The position numbers and the translations under genes were made by a program. From NCBI GenBank assembly GCA_049599475.1, contig JBMYOQ010000005.1, forward strand, positions 32,001 to 96,000: a stretch of DNA of 64,000 bases, written 5' to 3'. Positions 58,667-64,000 of this stretch are shown here, one piece after another. The notes under the pieces are model-generated. The model was not told the origin of the DNA, did not search any database, and was given only the letters and a program-made list of their open reading frames with translations. The stretch's first letter is position 1, and every line of letters begins with the position of its first letter. Source of the DNA: Opitutales bacterium (GTDB lineage: Bacteria > Verrucomicrobiota > Verrucomicrobiia > Opitutales > JABSRG01).

Positions 58667-58803
58667 GCAATTGGAGGACAGCGTCCCTCCCAGAAGGCTG
58701 ACGATTACAAATTGAGCTCAATACGAAAACACTTCTGAGAAATGCTCTAGATGCCAAACACTACCCGACGTGGATATATGTCGCTCTGCTGGTAGTGGAT
58801 TGT

Positions 58804-59727
58804 TCAGGCAGTCTTCTTTTGCCGAGTCAGTTTGAATAGATAAATAAACAGGCTGATGGTCCGTGAGCACGGGTAGTAAACTAGGGCTTGGAGGCTCCTA
58901 AAAATGGCTCTTCCAATGCGGTAGCTTGTATCGCTTGGGCGGTTTCTAAAATACCATGCGCAGAATTTATATTCGAGACTGCTCGTCCAGGGGCCCGCGA
59001 AGTGTAGGATGGCGGGTTGCTGGAGTCCGTGTTTGTCGACGAATTCGCAGATGTTGGCCTTGGGGTCGAGTCTTACGGGCTTTATCGCGCGTATCGGTGT
59101 TTTCATGAACTTACCCCACGCATTGTAGGCCTCGCGTCCGGCGATTTCCAGGGCGAGTCCATAGACGGTCTCATCATTGGGCCCTCCCGAGTCGAAGTTT
59201 CGAATCTTTAATTCGACGCACCGTTCGTGGATTTGGTGGGCGGTCTCGATGACTTTCTTTGCGAAAGGGCTTCGGTCAAAATAGTAGACCCCGCCGTTAA
59301 ACTTGGCTAGTCGCTCGATCCCAAGAGTTTTGAGGGTGAAATCGAGGTCCTCGAGATAGGGGTCGGACTGGCCCAGGAATTTAAATCCAGACCAAATCGG
59401 AGAGAATCCGTGTTTCCGAATGGCCTCTAGCTGGTCTGTGAAGGGTTTCAGGCACAGGCTGTCAGCGTCGATAAACAGGGTTTCTTCGAAGGGCGAGTAG
59501 GTGTGCAGGTGGAGTTTTTGGACCACGCCACGGCCGAGGCTCTTATCCAGGGGTATGATTTCCTGGAAGTGGGGGTTGCGGTAATCAGGATTGTCTGTGA
59601 CGAGCGCGATTGGTAGCTCTGGCATGTGCTCCTTGAGGGAGATCGCTAAATTTTCGGCCTGCTTTATGAAGCGTCTCTTGCCAAATGCGATCGTGAGGAT
59701 TCCAATCCGATGCCTGTCTGATTCCAT
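58804..59727 (-). CDS. GT-A fold (GT8-like) glycosyltransferase
   Basis: YSPFEETLFIDAD (DxD), FNGGV, NDE, ILHFAG. Confidence 0.7.
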   Translation of the reverse strand: MESDRHRIGILTIAFGKRRFIKQAENLAISLKEHMPELPIALVTDNPDYRNPHFQEIIPLDKSLGRGVVQKLHLHTYSPFEETLFIDADSLCLKPFTDQLEAIRKHGFSPIWSGFKFLGQSDPYLEDLDFTLKTLGIERLAKFNGGVYYFDRSPFAKKVIETAHQIHERCVELKIRNFDSGGPNDETVYGLALEIAGREAYNAWGKFMKTPIRAIKPVRLDPKANICEFVDKHGLQQPAILHFAGPWTSSLEYKFCAWYFRNRPSDTSYRIGRAIFRSLQALVYYPCSRTISLFIYLFKLTRQKKTA

Positions 59728-59932
59728 TGTGAGTTTGCTAAATGATCGCGAAACCTATGAACCAGGGAGGAGCAATGGATCGGTGGATCAAGAGCCGTTA
59801 GCCGCAGGCTGAGGGAAGGGAGGCATCGGTCAATCGATTAATTTGCGGCTATCTGAGACTTAAAAAAATCAGAATTAAAGTCTTGGCAAGTGAGGCGAAT
59901 TATGAGTTTCTCTTCGCTTTCCAATTTTTCAT

Positions 59933-60028
59933 ATGGGTAATTTAAAGAAGAAACGTCGTCTCAAGATGAACAAGCACAAGCGCCGTAAGCGGATCAAAGA
60001 GAACCGCCACAAGAAGCGCGCTTGGTAA
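59933..60028 (+). CDS. Small basic ribosomal-associated protein, bS22/mS38 (AURKAIP1/COX24, DUF1713) family
   Basis: Below the ORF-track size cutoff; [31 protein letters not shown] (31 aa). Confidence 0.88.
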   Translation: MGNLKKKRRLKMNKHKRRKRIKENRHKKRAW

Positions 60029-60077
60029 TCATCTGTTGAAGAGACGCGCGCGCTTGCCGCGTATTTTCAATTTCCGG

Positions 60078-60110
60078 AAACGCCACCCTAATATAGGCTG
60101 GCGTTTTTGT
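60078..60110 (+). terminator. Rho-independent terminator after the small basic protein
   Basis: AAACGCCA-CCCTAATATAGGC-TGGCGTTT followed by a T-rich tail. Confidence 0.7.
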
Positions 60111-60167
60111 GTTTGCAGGAAAGATCCTTTCGCTGTTTGGAACGTTGTCCTGTCTAAACGGAATTCC

Positions 60168-62729
60168 ATGAGCATTTTCGCGCGAAGATTTTTTGAGCTT
60201 TGGATCCTCGTAGGAGTATCCTCGGTTCTTTGGGCGACTCCGCTTGTTGAGGGTGAGGATGTATTAATCTCATCGGAGCCCACGGCGGATCTATTGAAGG
60301 AAGCTCTGGAGCTCGGTCTGCCGGAAGCGGATGCGTTTCTGGCGGCTGAATTGGAAAAGGAGGGCTTATCCGAGCTGGATAGGGTCAGCCTCCTGGTGGA
60401 GAGAATGGCTTTGGCGATTCAGCTCAATGACTGGACGAAGGCCGCCGCAATCTCGGAGGAATTTCCCGAGGATGGCCCGTTACAGACTGTGCGTCGGCTT
60501 CTCAGCGCGATGCTTTGGTGGGGTGAGCGCGATGTTGCAGAGGCACAGAAGCTCCTAGGGGAAATCGAAGGGTGGCGCTTAGGTGCTCGATGGCGCGCAT
60601 GGTATTGGGTCCTCGATGGGATGATTTCTGAGCATCGCAATGAATTGGCGAAATCAGCGGAGAGTTACGACAAGGCCTTGGAGCATGCGCGAGAGGATCA
60701 ATTGCCATTTTTGGAGCTCCTCGTTGAAAGAAACAAAATCCTTATAGATGGCTCATCGGAAGGGGTTGAGACGGATCTCCTGATAAGGATGAGGGAGTTC
60801 TCTGGGGAGGCGATCGCTCACCAATTTGCGGAGCAGTTGATGTTTTCATATGTGCGCCGAGGCGCATACGACGAAGCATTGGCTCTTCTAGAGGAACGCC
60901 GTGCTTTTATTTTGCTGCCCCGGGATCAGAACTATTTGGATAAATTTAGGCTTTTTGAGGCGCTTGTCTTGGAGGAAAGCGGTCAGGAAAATGTAGCTGC
61001 ATTGGTGCAGCTTTTGGGGTCTGGGCAGACGCCGCGAGTGCTTCGTCAGGGGCTGGAGATGCTTTTGGCGCAGAAGGAAGCTTTGCCTGCGGATGTGGAC
61101 CTTGCTGCATTGTTGACGCGCTGGTCTGAGCAGCTGCCAGTGCATCCCATTCAGGTTGATATTCTGAATGGCTTGGCGGTGCTGGCATTGGTCGAAGAGA
61201 GGTTTCCCTTAGCTCGGCAGGCGGCTGAGGTGATTATCGAAGAATATCCTGGTTCTGAGAAGGTGGCCTCAGCGATGCAGATATTGGCCTGGGCAGACTG
61301 GGATGAAGGGGCTTATCGCTCGGCGGCAGTCTGGTTTGAAAAGCTACGGAACCTAGAAGCGAGAGGTTCAGAAAAAGCCCTGCTGGCTGCTAAAGTCGCG
61401 GATGCTTATTTCCTCGCGGGGGACTATGAGCTTGCGGCTGGAAGCTACGCGCAGGCCTTGCAGAAGCGTTCTGCGGTCGGGGAAATGTGGCCGACGTTGC
61501 AGTATCAGAGGATTTTGAGCTTATTGCGCGCGGATGCGATTGATCAGGCGATCGCAGCTATCAAGGACTATCCCGATGGTTGGGCGGGCGAAGCAGAGGA
61601 ACTGCGTTGGCGGTTGGAGTGGAATGTGGCTGTGCAGTTATCACGCGGCGGTAATCGTGAAGATGCGCAGTCGCGGGTTGAGCGCCTCTTGGAAGAAGGA
61701 GGTTTGCCGGAGTCTCTGGGTTCGCGTTTTGAGTGGCTGAATGTGCGCTTGCTGTTTGATCTGGGCCGCTATGAAAGCGTGATTGCGCGGGCGGACCGGG
61801 TGCTTGGGGGTGCTAATGCAGAATCCGCTTTTGGGCCTGAGGTGAGTGCTGAGCTTATGCTGGTGCGTTCGCGGGCAGAGTTGCGCACAGGCGAAGATGT
61901 GGATGTCGTTATTGCCGAATTGGAATCGATTCGGACTCAATTTCCTGAGACTGAGGCCGCTCCTGAAACGCTCTGGATCGCGAGTCGGATGCTTTCGCAG
62001 CAGGGGCGTTTGATTGATGCAGAGGAGGCCATGAATCAGTTGGCCGCCGAGTATGCGGGCACTCAGTGGTCACGTATGGCTTTGTTTGAGTCGGCGGATT
62101 TGGCGGAGGCTCGAGAGGATTTTGAGCAGGCTGCAAGTCGCTTGGAGGACTTTGTTCAGGAGTCTCCGCAAGACCCATTGGCATTTACTGCGCGCTTGAA
62201 CCAAGCTGATTTGTTGCGAAAGACGGGCGACTTTGATGAGGCGCGCGTGCTCTTGGATTCTGTTTTGCAGGCATTTCCTGGTCATCCGGAACGTTTCCTG
62301 GCTGAAATGATTCGGGCGGACATTTTGGCCGCAGGTTCGGGCGAAAACCGTTTGGAGAGTGCAATCTCTGCCTATGGCCGACTCCTAGACCTCCCTGGCT
62401 TACCGGCTGACCTCCTCTTGGAGGCTCGGTTTAAGCTGGGTAAAGTGCACGAGCGTCTTGGTGATAAGGAGTCTGCGATTCGCGAATGGCTAGAGGCTGC
62501 GCTGAAATTTGAGGAGGCGACTGACGGAGCATTTGTGAACGGGCCTTATTGGGTCTCTCGCAGCCTATTGGAAATCGCGCGAATTTCAGAGGAACAGCAA
62601 AACATTGAGGCGGCTAAGGGGGCCTTGGGGCGTTTGATAGCTCTGGGTTTACCTGGAACCGCTGCGGCAAACTCGGCGCTTCAACGCTTGCGTAGCCCAC
62701 TTGTAGGGCTCAATTCTGTGTCACCCTAA
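60168..62729 (+). CDS. Exported TPR-repeat protein (YfiO/CpoB-like repeats)
   Basis: Likely start ATG 60168, after the terminator, with a signal-like segment. Repeated TPR motifs such as IIEEYPGS, TQFPET, AEYAGT, QAFPGH. Directly upstream of exbB/exbD. Confidence 0.85.
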   Translation: MSIFARRFFELWILVGVSSVLWATPLVEGEDVLISSEPTADLLKEALELGLPEADAFLAAELEKEGLSELDRVSLLVERMALAIQLNDWTKAAAISEEFPEDGPLQTVRRLLSAMLWWGERDVAEAQKLLGEIEGWRLGARWRAWYWVLDGMISEHRNELAKSAESYDKALEHAREDQLPFLELLVERNKILIDGSSEGVETDLLIRMREFSGEAIAHQFAEQLMFSYVRRGAYDEALALLEERRAFILLPRDQNYLDKFRLFEALVLEESGQENVAALVQLLGSGQTPRVLRQGLEMLLAQKEALPADVDLAALLTRWSEQLPVHPIQVDILNGLAVLALVEERFPLARQAAEVIIEEYPGSEKVASAMQILAWADWDEGAYRSAAVWFEKLRNLEARGSEKALLAAKVADAYFLAGDYELAAGSYAQALQKRSAVGEMWPTLQYQRILSLLRADAIDQAIAAIKDYPDGWAGEAEELRWRLEWNVAVQLSRGGNREDAQSRVERLLEEGGLPESLGSRFEWLNVRLLFDLGRYESVIARADRVLGGANAESAFGPEVSAELMLVRSRAELRTGEDVDVVIAELESIRTQFPETEAAPETLWIASRMLSQQGRLIDAEEAMNQLAAEYAGTQWSRMALFESADLAEAREDFEQAASRLEDFVQESPQDPLAFTARLNQADLLRKTGDFDEARVLLDSVLQAFPGHPERFLAEMIRADILAAGSGENRLESAISAYGRLLDLPGLPADLLLEARFKLGKVHERLGDKESAIREWLEAALKFEEATDGAFVNGPYWVSRSLLEIARISEEQQNIEAAKGALGRLIALGLPGTAAANSALQRLRSPLVGLNSVSP

Positions 62730-63388
62730 TGGATAATTTTTATCAACTTTGGCAAGCGGGCGGTCCGATGCTCTGGGTAATGGCCCTGATGAGTATTATC
62801 GGAGCATTCTGTTTTTTGGAGCGGTTCCTCTATTTGCGGAAGTGCACCTTGGCTCGTGCGACCTTCACAAGCGGACTGTATAATCTGGTTGAAAAAGGGC
62901 GCTTGCTTGAGGCTTTGACGGTTTGCCAGGAAAATCCGGGCCCGATTCCTCCGGTGATGCGTGCGGGGTTGTTGAATTTTAAAGAAAATACTGAGAAGAT
63001 TGCGGCTTCGATGCGCGAGGCTGCTTTGCTTCAGGTGCCCTTGTTGGAGCGTCGGATTTCAACGCTTAATTGGGTTGCGAAGATGGCACCCTTGGTGGGC
63101 TTGCTGGGGACCGCGATTCCGCTGGTCAATACGTTTATCTTGATGGGTGCGCAGGGACCTTATGCGAGTAGTGATCTGTTTATCGGAGAGGTCGGTGAGG
63201 CATTGATCACGACTGCAGTTGGTATCTTTGTCGCGATCATGGCGATGAGCTCCTGGTACTGGGTGGATGGTAAGGTGAAGTTTCTTCTGCAAGAGATGGA
63301 GCTGGCTGCGGCCGAGTTTTTGGAATTTCGCCTCAAGATGGAGTTGCGGTTGGACTCGTTGCCTGAGGAGGCTGCGGTTGAGGGATGA
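62729..63388 (+). CDS. MotA/TolQ/ExbB proton channel protein
   Basis: GGPMLW, APLVGLLGT, EALITTAVG. Confidence 0.92.
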   Translation: MDNFYQLWQAGGPMLWVMALMSIIGAFCFLERFLYLRKCTLARATFTSGLYNLVEKGRLLEALTVCQENPGPIPPVMRAGLLNFKENTEKIAASMREAALLQVPLLERRISTLNWVAKMAPLVGLLGTAIPLVNTFILMGAQGPYASSDLFIGEVGEALITTAVGIFVAIMAMSSWYWVDGKVKFLLQEMELAAAEFLEFRLKMELRLDSLPEEAAVEG

Positions 63389-63858
63389 GTTCTGAACTCC
63401 AGATGAGCGTCCGGCCTGTATTGGGGGTCGAGGCGGCTCGCCGGTATCGTAAGCTCGGCTGGAGTTGGCTGGCGATTTTGGATTTCGTAGTGATCGGGGG
63501 GCTGATGGGATTCGTGCATTCCGATCTGATTTTCGCCCCCGGCCAGTCGATAGAATTGCCGCGATCCGGGAATGTGGAAAGTCGTCGCATCGAGGCGGTG
63601 CTTACAGTATCCGGGGACCTCTATTTGTTTGATGGTCAAGTCTTTCGTGCGGAAAACATCGAGGATGGTTTTAAAGCCTTCTTTGAAGAGAATGAGAAGT
63701 TGAAGGGGCGCTCAACGATTCTAATTAAGATGGATGCGCAGGCGCCCTCTCGTGCGCTGCTGGATGTCTGTGAACAGGCGCAAACGGCAGGATTTGCTGC
63801 GGTGCACGTGGCTGAGAATCCCGAAGAAGAAACGACGAACTCGGTATTTCCCAATTAG
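63385..63858 (+). CDS. ExbD/TolR-family protein
   Basis: TM with the conserved Asp (AILDFVV), ELP, ILIKMDAQAP, AQTAGF. Confidence 0.85.
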   Translation: MSSELQMSVRPVLGVEAARRYRKLGWSWLAILDFVVIGGLMGFVHSDLIFAPGQSIELPRSGNVESRRIEAVLTVSGDLYLFDGQVFRAENIEDGFKAFFEENEKLKGRSTILIKMDAQAPSRALLDVCEQAQTAGFAAVHVAENPEEETTNSVFPN

Positions 63859-63866
63859 GGCGGGGT

Positions 63867-64000
63867 ATGGGTGTCTCAAGGCGAGTTCTTTGGATTCTGC
63901 TTCCTGTGATCCTGGTGGGGCACGGTGCAGCGTTTTGGTTTCTGGCAACCGGCGTAGAGTTCGGAGAGGCTGGGTCTGATGTAGAGGCTCATGCTGCAGG
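63867..64000 (+). CDS. Partial membrane-anchored protein (possibly TonB-like), runs off window
   Basis: MGVSRRVLWILLPVILVGHGAAFWFLATGVEF...; TM containing His, immediately after exbD. Confidence 0.5.
   Translation, partial: MGVSRRVLWILLPVILVGHGAAFWFLATGVEFGEAGSDVEAHAA

Noticed and set aside
60036..60167. N-terminal extension of the TPR ORF; likewise the extensions at 43966, 48248, 14236, 26802 and 29942
   Set aside because: These extensions cross a terminator or an upstream gene, or bury the signal peptide. Downstream starts fit better.

Overview
Bacterial chromosomal window, probably marine Verrucomicrobiota (Opitutales-like). That placement is inferred from gene content: the LMW-PTP-glyA-prepilin-dinG order, a verrucomicrobial-type RAYT and prepilin, and the small bS22/AURKAIP1-type protein. 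The left half (1-34 kb, ending at tRNA-Arg(ACG)) is a patchwork of accessory genes. It holds a >1313-aa secreted GH10/Ig/DNRLRE/LamG/CE6-SASA/FN3 CAZyme missed by the ORF track, a membrane-anchored AraC, a GHMP-kinase/UDP-sugar-pyrophosphorylase fusion with a GalU-like partner, and an S8 protease. It also has a frameshifted RidA, selO, radD, a Kef-type antiporter and a TetR-controlled DhlA-type haloalkane dehalogenase cassette. A secreted protein there has an N-terminal domain closely resembling cyanobacterial Stig (hapalindole) cyclases fused to a serine hydrolase. A REP-associated tyrosine transposase (RAYT) and many GTAG/GTAA-type palindromic repeats are also present. The right half holds glycosyltransferases, a lipase-3 fusion and a GntR-controlled nitrogen-scavenging operon (TonB receptor, AtzH-AtzG fusion, AtzE amidase, TrtA-type triuret hydrolase, permease, exported formamidase-like hydrolase). 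Core genes follow: nadA-nadC-nadB, LMW-PTP, glyA, prepilin, DinG-family helicase, bS22-like protein and TPR-ExbB-ExbD. The best candidates for undescribed biology are the triuret/carboxybiuret operon lacking BiuH and AtzD, and the Stig-cyclase-like/hydrolase fusion. All family calls come from motifs I recognised by eye; no searches were run.
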